Below, in pieces: positions 32,584-42,752 of a DNA stretch of 64,000 bases. A program made the translations under genes and the position numbers. Source of the DNA: an uncultured Gemmatimonadales bacterium (GTDB lineage: Bacteria; Gemmatimonadota; Gemmatimonadetes; Gemmatimonadales; GWC2-71-9); the NCBI GenBank assembly GCA_963821525.1, contig CAWGED010000005.1, positions 128,001 to 192,000 on the forward strand, given 5' to 3'. How positions within the stretch are numbered: position 1 is the stretch's first letter; the number at the start of each line of letters is the position of its first letter. The notes under the pieces were generated by a model. It saw nothing but the letters and a program-made list of their open reading frames with translations. It was not told the DNA's origin and ran no database searches.

Positions 32584-34215
32584 TCAAAGCGGGGGCCCTG
32601 CCCGATTCCGAAGCCCCTCGTTCAGGCTGCGATCCTGACCGTAGATGTCGTCGTAGAACCAGGTCGTACCGTCGGGTCGAACTACTGCCGTGGTATAGAA
32701 GATCGCCAGCTGAAGCGGGTGCCTGAGCCAGATCCGGCGCGTTTCGGGCCCATGGATGCCAAAGGCTGTGCTGTCGGGTTGCCAGCCCGGCTCGTCCCGC
32801 ATGACCCAGTTGGCAAGCGCTGACGGATCTTCCACCCGGATGCAACCGTGGCTGAAGTCACGGCGGGTCCGGCTGAACAGTTCGGGAGACGGCGTTCCAT
32901 GCAGGTAGACCAGGGCCGTATTGGGAAATCCGAACTTGATGAGCCCCAGTGGGTTGGTCGGGCCTGGCTGCTGTCGAATCTCGAGTTGGCCGCGCCGCAG
33001 CTGACGCAATACCTCGGGCGTCACTCGGTCTCCCAGAACCTTGCCTGCGCCGACCAACTCCATCCCATTGGCACTCAGGTAATCAGGTTTCCGCTCCAAT
33101 TGCGGCAGGATTTCCTCGACCGCGATTCGCCGCGGGACGTTCCAGTAGGGCCAGAACTCGACGTATCTGAGCTGTTCGAGCAGCACCGGGGTGCGCCGGT
33201 CAATCGCGCGACCGACGATCACCTTCATCTCCAGACTCGGCGTTCCACTCCGGCCCGCCGAGTCGAATCCGAAGAGCTCGAACGCGGGGATGTTCACCAC
33301 CAGGACTCGATCTCCTTCCAACGGTGGGAGCCAGCGCAAGCGCTCGAGGGCGAGTTCAATCTGCCGCACCCGCCACTGGAGTGGAGTCCGGAGACGGGCG
33401 AAAGTTGCAGGGCCGAGCACGCCGTCTGGCTTGAGACCGTGCCGGGTCTGAAAGCGTGTCACCGCCTCCACAATCGGTCCCAGGTACAAACTGTCCGGTG
33501 GTGTGTCGTTCACGGCGAGATCGCCGAATGCTATCAGCCGCCGAGTCAGGGCCGTGATTCCCGAATACGGATCCCCGGGGTGAACTGTGGTGGTAGCCTG
33601 GAGTGGAGGAAACACGGAGTCGGCCGCGAGTCGGCGATATCGCGCGAGGGCAGCGAGAAGGCTCCGGTACTGGACCAGTCGAGGCTGCAGTGCGGCGATG
33701 AGTCCAGGAAGGGTGTCGGCCTGGATCGCTTGGCCCAGGGCGGCGACGAGGTCGAGCTTCGCCGCCTCCGATCCGCGGGCTCCGAGAGGATTGGGATGGA
33801 GCCGGCCGCGGTGCAGGTCGTCGAGGTAGCGGAGCAGGTCGATGCTGAGGAGCAGGTCGAGTGAATCACGGGTGAGCTGCGCAAGGGAGCGTACTGAGGA
33901 CTCACCTTCCAGGCTGTCCAGCAAAGCGGCGTCGTAGTCCGCGGAGTCGAGTCCCCAGTCACCCGCGGTGCGCAGTTGGGCAATGGCGGCAGAAGCTGCG
34001 GGGGACAGTCGCGGACCATCGTGCCAGATCAGCCTGGAGCCGTTGATCAGGTAGAGCCGCGAAAGGTCGGCTGAGTACGAGCCGAAGTCGGGCCAGCGCG
34101 ACCAGGCATGGTGCCCGGTTGCGATCAGCGGGCCTACGGTGCCGACCGTGCTGTCCTGAGCGACCAGCGGCAGCGGTGCCAGCAGGAACGGGAGGATCAG
34201 AAGTGCCGGTTTCAT
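32584..34215 (-). CDS. L,D-transpeptidase (YcbB/LdtD-like) with peptidoglycan-binding domain
   Basis: FQTRHGLKPDG, VNIP, YLHGTP, SHGCIR, YDDIYG. Confidence 0.92.
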   Translation of the reverse strand: MKPALLILPFLLAPLPLVAQDSTVGTVGPLIATGHHAWSRWPDFGSYSADLSRLYLINGSRLIWHDGPRLSPAASAAIAQLRTAGDWGLDSADYDAALLDSLEGESSVRSLAQLTRDSLDLLLSIDLLRYLDDLHRGRLHPNPLGARGSEAAKLDLVAALGQAIQADTLPGLIAALQPRLVQYRSLLAALARYRRLAADSVFPPLQATTTVHPGDPYSGITALTRRLIAFGDLAVNDTPPDSLYLGPIVEAVTRFQTRHGLKPDGVLGPATFARLRTPLQWRVRQIELALERLRWLPPLEGDRVLVVNIPAFELFGFDSAGRSGTPSLEMKVIVGRAIDRRTPVLLEQLRYVEFWPYWNVPRRIAVEEILPQLERKPDYLSANGMELVGAGKVLGDRVTPEVLRQLRRGQLEIRQQPGPTNPLGLIKFGFPNTALVYLHGTPSPELFSRTRRDFSHGCIRVEDPSALANWVMRDEPGWQPDSTAFGIHGPETRRIWLRHPLQLAIFYTTAVVRPDGTTWFYDDIYGQDRSLNEGLRNRAGPPL

Positions 34216-34414
34216 AGCCTGCGGCAGAGTATGCCTCGCAACATAAAGCCGACGTGGAGGAGAGCTGAGGACTTCTTCAGATCAGGTGAGGCTGTCGGCA
34301 CGGGGTGTGGGGAAGATCCTCTCGATGTACCTTGTGGCGGGGCTTCCATTGCTCAACCTGGGGAAACGGTTAGGGACATAGATGTGAAACGTTTGTTGAC
34401 CACGAGGCCTCGAG

Positions 34415-35860
34415 ATGCGGCCTCTTGAAATCCTGCTGTCGCTTGCCAATCTGCTGACCTTCCTCGCGCTGGTTGTCCCACGGCTCCGCGCGGTGCCGTG
34501 GGTCCGGTTCGCCGCGCCGGCGTCGGTGCTATTCTGTGTGCTGCAGGTGGTACTGGAGGGACCGCGCTGGCAGATGGTTCCGGCCTACCTGCTCAGTGCA
34601 CTGGTGTTCCTCGGGTGGCCGCTGAGCCCGAGAGAGGGCGCCACGGCTAAAGCGCCGAGTCTGGCCCATTGGTTCGCGGCTGGTACAGGAACATTGGTCG
34701 GGCTGGTGTGGTTGTCGGCTTCCATCGCCCTGCCCCTGCTGGTTCCCATCTTCCGCTTCCCCCATCCGACCGGTCCGTTTGGGATCGGGACAATGACTTA
34801 CCATTGGGTCGATTCGGCCCGCGCCGAAGTTTTCACGGCCGATCCTACCGACCGCCGCGAAGTGATGGTGCAGATCTGGTATCCGGCACCGGCGACTGCA
34901 TCGGGGCGCCACGCCTCCTACGTGGTGCACCCTCAGGTACTCGCTCCTCTGGCCAAGCTGTTTCACCTGCCTGGCTTCGCGTTTGGATACCTCAAGTACG
35001 TCAGCACCAATGCCATCTCCGGGGCGGATGCGGCGGAGGGGTCGTTTCCTGTGCTGCTCTTTTCACACGGCCGCGGTGGTTTTCGCCAGCATAACACCGC
35101 GAATGTGGAGGAGCTGGTCTCGCACGGCTACGTCGTCGCGACGATCGATCATCCGTATGCGGCGAGCGGCGTCGTGTTCCCCGACGGACGACTCGCGAAA
35201 TTCGACCCTCGCATGTTCGATCCAGACCATCCGGGACATCCGGCATTCATCGACAGCATTATCCCGTTCCTGGCCCAGGACGCGATCTTCACCCTGGACC
35301 GGCTCGCGAACCTCAACCGGCTGGATCCGAGGGGAATCCTGACCGGTCGGTTGGACCTGCAGCACGCCGGCATGTTCGGCGTCTCGCTGGGCGGGGCCAC
35401 GACTGCCGAGGCGTGCCTGCGCGAGCTGCGGCTCAAGGCGTGTCTCATGATGGATGTCTTCATGCCGGCCAATGTGGTTAAGAGCGGCCTTACCCAACCC
35501 GCGATGTGGATCAGCCGTGATAGTGCGAGCATGCGGCTGGAAGGGTGGGGGCAAGGAGACATCGACGAGACCCAGCACACCATGCGAGCGGTGTTCGACC
35601 GGCTGCCGGGAGACGGCTACCTGGTGCTGATACCGGGCATGTTTCATCCCAACTTCTCGGATTTTCCGCTTTTTTCACCGGTGACCCGGTGGCTTCATCT
35701 GGTGGGTCCGATCGATGGGCGCCGTGGGCTCACTATCGTAAGCGCGTTTGAGGTGGCGTTCTTCGATCGGGAGTTGAAGGGGCAGGAGACGGTATTGCTG
35801 GATCGTCCCGCGGAGCGATTTCCGGAGGTGGTGTTCGAGGCGCGCCGCGCCGTGCTGGCT
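34415..35860 (+). CDS. Membrane-anchored alpha/beta hydrolase (PAF-acetylhydrolase-like); 3' end approximate
   Basis: N-terminal TM helices, PTGPFGIG, QIWYP, FSHG, GVSLGG, HPNFSD; the ORF runs on into prpE, probably through an indel. Confidence 0.8.
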
Positions 35861-35979
35861 CAGCTGCTGGTCCGACCGAAAGTGCCAGGCGTCCGACCCT
35901 TGTGTACCGGTGTACGACGGCTGACTATGATTGCAGGAACGTCAGCTGAAGGCACCCCGACGCAATGCGGAGGACGCCC

Positions 35980-37899
35980 ATGTCCGGCAACTATCAGCGC
36001 GCCTGCAACGAGGCGATCCGCTCGCCGGAGCGATTCTGGGGCCGCGCCGCCGAGGCGATCCAGTGGTACCGGCCCTGGGAGCACGTACTGGACCCGTCCA
36101 ACGCCCCTTTCTATAAGTGGTTCACCGGCGGCGAGCTCAACACCTGCTACAATGCCATCGACTTCCACGTCGAGCATGGGCGCTCCGATCAGCTGGCTCT
36201 GATCTACGACAGCCCGGTCACCGGCACGCTCCGCACCTTCACCTATGGTCAGCTGCTGGAAGAGGTCGCCCGCTTCGCGGGCGTGCTAGCCTCGCTGGGG
36301 GTTGCCAAAGGCGATAGGGTGATCATCTACATGCCGATGGTGCCCGAGGCGCTCATCGCCATGTACGCCTGCGCCAGGATTGGGGCGATCCACTCGGTCG
36401 TGTTCGGCGGCTTCGCGTCCCACGAGCTGGCGGTGCGGATCGAAGACGCTGCGCCGAAGGTAGTAGTCTCCGCGTCCTGCGGGATCGAGATTAAGCGGAT
36501 CGTCGAGTACAAGCCGCTGCTCGACCGCGCGCTCGCGATCTCCCGGCATCAGCCGGATTACTGCGTCACCCTGCAGCGGCCGGAGCATCGCTGCGCCGTG
36601 TTCCCCCCTCGCGACCTGGACTGGCACGAGCTCATGGCCTCGGCACGCCCGGCTGGTTGGGTTCCCGTGGCCGCGACCGACCCGCTCTATATCCTCTATA
36701 CATCCGGCACCACCGGCATGCCCAAAGGTGTGGTGCGCGACAACGGGGGACACGCGGTCGCGCTCAAGTGGTCGATGGAGCACGTCTATGGGGTTCGCCC
36801 CGGCGAGGTGTTCTGGGCCGCGTCGGACATCGGGTGGGTCGTGGGTCATTCCTACATCGTGTACGGGCCGCTGCTCCACGGATGTACCACCGTCATGTAT
36901 GAGGGCAAACCGGTCGGCACGCCGGATCCGGGAGAGTTTTGGCGGGTCATCGAGCAGCATGGCGTGCGGGTGCTGTTCACCGCGCCCACGGCCATCCGGG
37001 CGATCAAACGGGAAGATCCCGACGGCGAATTCTTCCGGAAGCACGACGTCTCCGGCCTGCGCACGCTCTTTCTCGCCGGCGAGCGACTCGACCCCGACAC
37101 CTATCACTGGGCCCGTGGTCTGCTGGAGCGGCCGGTGATTGACCACTGGTGGCAGACCGAGACTGGCTGGCCGGTCGCGGCCAACTGCATGGGCCTCGAG
37201 CCGCTGCCGGTCAAGCCCGGCTCGCCCACCAAGCCGGTCCCGGGGTACGTGGTCGAGATTCTGGATGACGAAGGCAAGCCCGTGCCGCCGAACCGCGATG
37301 GAGCGGTGGCAATCCGGCTGCCGCTGCCACCCGGCACTATGCCGACCTTGTGGCAGAACGACGAGCGATTCCGCGACACCTATCTCACGCGGTACCCCGG
37401 CTACTATCTGACCGGCGACGGCGGCTACATCGACGAGGACGGGTATCTCTTCATCATGGGCCGGATCGACGACGTCATCATCGTGGCGGGGCACAATCTC
37501 TCGACCGGAAGCATCGAGCAGGCGCTCGCCAGCCATCCCGACGTCGCCGAGTGTGCGGTATTCGGGGTGAAGGATCCACTCAAGACCCAGCTGCCGGTCG
37601 GGTTGGTGGTGCTCAAGGCTGGCGTGCGCCGGGAACCGGCGGTGATCGTCGAGGAGCTAATCCGAATCGTGCGGGAACAGGTGGGCCCGGTCGCGAGCTT
37701 CAAGCAGGTCAGCGTTGTCTCCCGGCTTCCCAAGACTCGCTCGGGCAAAGTGCTCCGCGGTACGATGCGGCAGATTGCAGACGGGGAGCCGTACCGAGTG
37801 CCGCCGACGATCGACGACCCGGCGACGCTCGAGGAGGTGAGATGGGCGCTGGAGCGGCTCGGGTATGCGAGACAGTCGCCGGCAGTGATTGGGGGCTGA
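35980..37899 (+). CDS. prpE: Propionyl-CoA synthetase
   Basis: YTSGTTGMPKGVVRDNGGH, DHWWQTETG, LPKTRSGK. Confidence 0.9.
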   Translation: MSGNYQRACNEAIRSPERFWGRAAEAIQWYRPWEHVLDPSNAPFYKWFTGGELNTCYNAIDFHVEHGRSDQLALIYDSPVTGTLRTFTYGQLLEEVARFAGVLASLGVAKGDRVIIYMPMVPEALIAMYACARIGAIHSVVFGGFASHELAVRIEDAAPKVVVSASCGIEIKRIVEYKPLLDRALAISRHQPDYCVTLQRPEHRCAVFPPRDLDWHELMASARPAGWVPVAATDPLYILYTSGTTGMPKGVVRDNGGHAVALKWSMEHVYGVRPGEVFWAASDIGWVVGHSYIVYGPLLHGCTTVMYEGKPVGTPDPGEFWRVIEQHGVRVLFTAPTAIRAIKREDPDGEFFRKHDVSGLRTLFLAGERLDPDTYHWARGLLERPVIDHWWQTETGWPVAANCMGLEPLPVKPGSPTKPVPGYVVEILDDEGKPVPPNRDGAVAIRLPLPPGTMPTLWQNDERFRDTYLTRYPGYYLTGDGGYIDEDGYLFIMGRIDDVIIVAGHNLSTGSIEQALASHPDVAECAVFGVKDPLKTQLPVGLVVLKAGVRREPAVIVEELIRIVREQVGPVASFKQVSVVSRLPKTRSGKVLRGTMRQIADGEPYRVPPTIDDPATLEEVRWALERLGYARQSPAVIGG

Positions 37900-38045
37900 G
37901 TGTGATGGGAGTAACTGCGGCTCGCACCCTCCGGTAAGGGTGGCGGGGTCTTACCAGGATCGTCACTGCAACCCCGGCGCGCAGGTCACGCGACCTCTTG
38001 CTACTTTGGCGCCGTGGAGTAGGAAGAAGCTTTGCTGTGGCTGGT

Positions 38046-40325
38046 TCAGCCGAGTCCCAGCTTCTCCGCCAACGCATCGTACCTCGGGTCCGATTGCAGG
38101 GCCTCGCACCATGGGGCCACTTTGAGGAACATCAGGCCCGGATCCCGCAAACTGAGGGCCCGCTCCAGCTTTTCGAATGCCCGATCCTTCTCGCCCTAGC
38201 GTCGGTGAACAGGAGCTGCCGATCAGTGAAAGGCCCACCGGTCTTCGCTTGCCAGCTTGGAGTCAAGCTCCCACAGGATCCCGCGGGCCTCCTCTCTGCT
38301 TCCCCGCCGCGGCGCAGGCGTATCCCCAACATCAGCTTCCTCACAGTGCGGGGCCCAGGGCTGCTCGGCCCCCCCTCCGGATATCGGCAATCGCCTGCCT
38401 CGTATGCTCCCCTTCGCGACATAGGCCCCACCAGAGCACCAGGCGAGCGCCCAGGAAGTCGGGGTCGATCACCAGCGCCTTCCGCAACTCCTCGATCGGC
38501 TTCGTCGTAGTGGCGGCTCGAAAATAGAGCACCCAGTCCGGCGGCGCGGTTCACCGGGGACGGAGAGCGGGTCGAGCTGCTGGGCCTTCTGGATCTCCGC
38601 GAGCGCTTCCTCGTGGCGGCCGAGCGCCGCCAGATACTCGGCGTACCACTCGCGAGCCATGACGTAATTCGAGTTGAGCTCGATTGCGCGCCTGAACTCC
38701 CGCTCGGCCCCCGACCAGTCCAGGTCTCCCAGCCAACGGGCATAGGCCAGAGAGGTGTGCGCTTCGGCGAGGGTGTCGTCCATCTCCAGTGCCTTCACCG
38801 CCTGGGCCTTCGCCTGCGCCAGGTACTCAGCTGAGGGGCTTCGAGCCGAGCCCGATGGCTGAGCAGCTCGTAGGCGTCGGCCAGACCAGCGTAAGCGAGG
38901 GCGTAGTGGGGGATCCTTTGCAATGGCTAACTGGAAATAGTCGATCCGCCTTCTGCACGTTTGCTTCGGACCATTTGTTGGCATGATGGCGGCCAAGGAG
39001 GTAGAGATTGTATGCGTCGCCGCTGCCGGTCGGTTTTTCTCGACCCGCTGCTTCTGCTGCGGGGGATAAGGGCCACCAAGAAAGCGCCCCGGAAATCCGT
39101 TCCGCCACCTCGCTCTGTACCTCGAACACGTCGGCCAGCTGGCGATCGAAGGTGTCGCCCCACAGGTGCTGCTCGGTCTGCGGGTTGATCAGGTCGGCGA
39201 CGATCCGCACGCGCGTCCCGGCCCTGCGGACGCTGCCTTCGAGAATCGCCCCCACCCCAAGCTCCCCCGCAATCGCGGTAAGCGTCTTGGTCGTGTTTTG
39301 TACCGCATCGAGGAGGTGCGGGAGATGACCTTGAGCGCGCTGATCTTGGAGAGCTGAAGCGATGATGTCGCCGGTGATCCCGTCGGCGAAGTACTCATTC
39401 TCCGGGTCGGTGCTCATGTTCTCGAAGGGCAGGACCGCGACTGATTTCGGGGCGGTGACTTCCCGCACCATAGCCTGCGCCGCCCCCATGGCGATGGCCG
39501 CGGTCGCGGAGGTGCCGAGCGCCTCGGCGAACAGGGCGGCTGTCGAGTACCGATCGGCCGGCAGACTGGCCATGCCCTTCCTGACCGCCGCATCGACCGC
39601 TTCGGGCACCAGTTCGCGGAATGCACGCGGCGACGGTACTGGGGTGGTCAGCCGGTTCGCGATGATCGCCGTGATGGTGGATCCGGGGAACGGCTGCTCG
39701 CCCACCAGCATTTCGAAAAGGACACAGCTCAGGCTGCAGATGTCGCTCCGTCCGTCGATGTAGGCGCTGCCATCAATCTGCTCCGGGCTCATGTAGGCCG
39801 GGGGGCCGATTATCTGCTGGGTCAAGGTCTCGTCCCCGCCGATGGCTCGGGCGATGCCGAAGTCCGCCACCAGGGCATGACCTCCCTCCAGCAGGATGTT
39901 GGCCGGCTTGATGTCCCGGTGGATCACGTTGGAGCTGTGCGCGTAGCTCAACGCATCCGCCACCTCGCACGCGATCTGAAGCGCGTCATCGATCGGGAGC
40001 TGGCGTTCCCGGGCAAGGCGATCGCGCAGGGTCTCCCCCGTGATGTAGGGCATGACGTAGTAGACCAGGCCACCAGCCTGATCCGAGTCGTAGAGCGGCA
40101 GGATGTGAGGGTGATGGAGACGAGCCGCGATTTGAATCTCGCGCAGGAACCGGCTTGCTCCCACCTCTCTGGCCAGGTCGGGGCGGAGCACCTTTACGGC
40201 GACGCGCGGTCATACTTGACGTCGTGGGCCAGGAAGACCTTCGCCATCCCGCCCTCCCCCAGTTGGCGCTCGATACAGTAGCGAGGAGCCAGCGCGACGC
40301 CGAGGCGTTCCAATGACTCCGTCAC
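38046..40325 (-). CDS. Ser/Thr kinase with TolB-like/TPR domain, heavily frameshifted (possible pseudogene)
   Basis: LGEGGMAKV, HRDIKPAN, DFG, SVAVLPFENMS, C-terminal LQSDPRY; many indels between 38100 and 39400. Confidence 0.8.
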
Positions 40326-41100
40326 AATGCGCCTTTCCTCTCAGACGTGCCACATCCGATGAACAGGCTCGTCCGTGACTTCAACGAGTCGGCAAGGACG
40401 CTGGGCGACTCCGCCGCACTTGTCGTGTTCCACGCACGAGCAGGTAGCGGCAGCGGAGCGCTGTCAGCGAGTCGAGCAAATAGTGAAAGGGGGACGAACT
40501 TCAGGCACCTCGAATATACCCTGGCGTACGGGTGCCTGACAGGTGCGAGCGCTGGTTAAACAGCGGATGGCTATGGCTGGTTCGTCCAGGTGGAGCCGTA
40601 AGCGAAGACCGGCGAACGATGTCACCGGAACCGGAGCGGTGCTCCCTGGGACGAGTAAGTACACGTCCTGGGGCTGAGATGGGGTGTCGCCTTACTGTAA
40701 TGCCCCAACGGCCTCGAGCTAGCGTCGCGGCACCGCTCCGCCTGGCCTTCATTCGCGCCAACAGACTCCAGCCCGTCTGTAGGTCCGCGGCTGACAGGGC
40801 TGCCCGCACTTTGACCTGCGCGATCCTCGGCTGCCGGCTGATTATCGGGGTTCAGGGGAATGGTACAATTGTTCCCAACTGCCATACCGCACGACGCGGA
40901 GAGAATCGCCGGAATCCTCAGACTACCTCCGGAGTCATCGCAGGCGAGGCTTCAATAATGGATGACAGAGTCGAAACTGGGACCGGGCCGCCATGCGGAA
41001 CAGGCATGAGGTGCGGCCCCGGGAGTTTTTGGGGAAGGGCGAGGTGGGAGGTGGTTGTCTCGATCAACACTGGTGTGTCACACATCGAAGGAGAATCAAC

Positions 41101-41613
41101 ATGTCTATCGGATGGAAATCGCTGCGCGGATTCCTCGCGCTTACCTCACTCTCGATTCTCGGGAGCGCCTGTCAACAGGAGAGTGGGCTCACTGCGCCGG
41201 AGAATAACCCGGCCATGTTGAAAACCAATGCGGCGCTCGCAGCTGTGGGAAGCGTGAATGGCGCTGCAGGTCAGATGCCCGCGTTCTACGAGGGTGAATT
41301 ATTCACCGTCAATATGAAAGAGCTGTCCGCATCCGCCTCGATAATCGCGAAGAATAAGAACCTCAACGAAATCTACGCGACGAACGATTTGGATGACCCC
41401 CAGGATTTCTTTCCCGTAATCAATGCCATCCAGGGTGAAGGATTCAATCCCTTATGGCATCAGATCCTCATTGTTTTCAATCCGGGGTTTACCCCTCATC
41501 AGTTCGTCTCTGAAGACGAGGTTGAGGCGGCTGCCGCTGGTGCGAATCCCGAAATCACTCTGGTTGTAACCGACGAGGTGTATCGTTGTTCGGTGGTTGG
41601 TCGGAAGAACTAG
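41101..41613 (+). CDS. Secreted lipoprotein, hypothetical
   Basis: GAAGGAG RBS, lipobox-like GSAC, PVINAIQGEGFNPLW; visibly more AT-rich than its flanks. Confidence 0.75.
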   Translation: MSIGWKSLRGFLALTSLSILGSACQQESGLTAPENNPAMLKTNAALAAVGSVNGAAGQMPAFYEGELFTVNMKELSASASIIAKNKNLNEIYATNDLDDPQDFFPVINAIQGEGFNPLWHQILIVFNPGFTPHQFVSEDEVEAAAAGANPEITLVVTDEVYRCSVVGRKN

Positions 41614-41818
41614 ACGGGCAAGTCGGAACCTCGGTCTAGGTCGTGGGTCATGGGATTTGGCTCTTGCTCCCATGGCTCACGACCCCGAGTCGCTACCTTC
41701 ACCGAATCTGCTGCCGAAGAACCAAGTGGTGGGAGGAGTGGGGCGGTGTGCTGATCCGTCGTACGGACCAATTCTGCACAAGTAATCCGCACAACGGCGC
41801 GGGTGGATGGGCTAACTC

Positions 41819-41852
41819 CATGGGCCCGGCGCGATTCGAACGCGCGACCTCT
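41819..41852 (-). repeat. att-like duplicate of tRNA-Arg(CCG) 3' end
   Basis: 34 bp identical to 42641-42674. Confidence 0.92.
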
Positions 41853-41986
41853 CCCTGACAAAATTGCGCACCCCTAACTGACTGCTGGGCATAGGCTTGC
41901 AGTCGTCCGGCTTTCGCGATCCTTTGTCAAGCCGGGTACCGGCCTGCAGGTTCGGGCTTCTGATTGTTTCTGCCATGGAGGGCATC

Positions 41987-42589
41987 ATGCGAGGCCATCT
42001 CTTGGTTGGCGTCCTGGTCCTGCTCTCACGCGGGTTGCTTGCCGCTCAGGAGCCGCCCCCGGCCTCGGCGCATGGCACCTGCTTTCGCGGGCGCCCCCAG
42101 TCCGAGTGCGATTCGTTCTTCCTCACGGAATGGTCCTGGGTCTTCCGAACCGCAGGAGTGGGCTCGATAAGTCCCAATGTGCAGGCGGGCAACTCGTACT
42201 GGACTTGGCAAGTCGGATGGATGAAGAACGTGAGCCGCCATTCCGCATTTGGAGCCACGTTTTTCCTCGGCGCGGAGCAGGACCGCACCGGGGGCTCTGA
42301 GACCATCGGCGTGAAGGCCCGGTTCCGGCGCTGGGTGGGCCCCAAGGCCGCGGTGGAAATCGGTGCGGGGCCGACGCTCGAGGGGTCGGCGATCGTGCAC
42401 GCGGCACTCGTGTATGGCGATTGGGTCGCGCTCGAGGCACAGGCGGAGCCGGGACAGAAGATCTTCGGCGAGCGTCACCTGGCTACCTACGTGGGCGTCC
42501 GCTTCGGATCTGTGCCGGGTTCCGTGCTGGGCATCGCGGCTCCGCTGACACTCCTCGCGGTCTTCCTGGCGACGTACGAGGCGGACTAG
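41987..42589 (+). CDS. Secreted / outer-membrane hypothetical protein
   Basis: GGAGGG RBS, signal peptide, Cys pair, amphipathic beta-strands, hydrophobic C-terminus. Confidence 0.7.
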   Translation: MRGHLLVGVLVLLSRGLLAAQEPPPASAHGTCFRGRPQSECDSFFLTEWSWVFRTAGVGSISPNVQAGNSYWTWQVGWMKNVSRHSAFGATFFLGAEQDRTGGSETIGVKARFRRWVGPKAAVEIGAGPTLEGSAIVHAALVYGDWVALEAQAEPGQKIFGERHLATYVGVRFGSVPGSVLGIAAPLTLLAVFLATYEAD

Positions 42590-42597
42590 GTCATGAG

Positions 42598-42631
42598 AAA
42601 GCCCCGCACGTCAACCTGACGGCGGGGCTTT
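42598..42631. terminator. Bidirectional terminator-like hairpin downstream of tRNA-Arg
   Basis: AAAGCCCCGC / GCGGGGCTTT stem. Confidence 0.7.
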
Positions 42632-42642
42632 GTCTTGCCTCA

Positions 42643-42716
42643 TGGGCCCGGCGCGATTCGAACGCGCGACCTCTTGCTCCGGAGGCAAGCGCTCTATCCA
42701 GCTGAGCTACGGACCC
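42643..42716 (-). tRNA. tRNA-Arg(CCG)
   Basis: GGGTCCGTAGCTCAGCTGGATAGAGC...CTTGC-CT-CCG-GA-GCAAG...GTTCGAATC...GGGCCCA. Confidence 0.97.
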
Positions 42717-42752
42717 TCACAAGGGAGGAAAAACTTCGCCCCGTCGCCCTCC

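Noticed and set aside
35860..36202. Real overlap or fusion of the hydrolase with prpE
   Set aside because: The tail is not protein-like and prpE has its own RBS and ATG; a missed stop from an indel is more likely
40326..41100. Riboswitch or ncRNA in the 775-bp gap
   Set aside because: No motif I can recognise and no convincing ORF; an Rfam search would be needed
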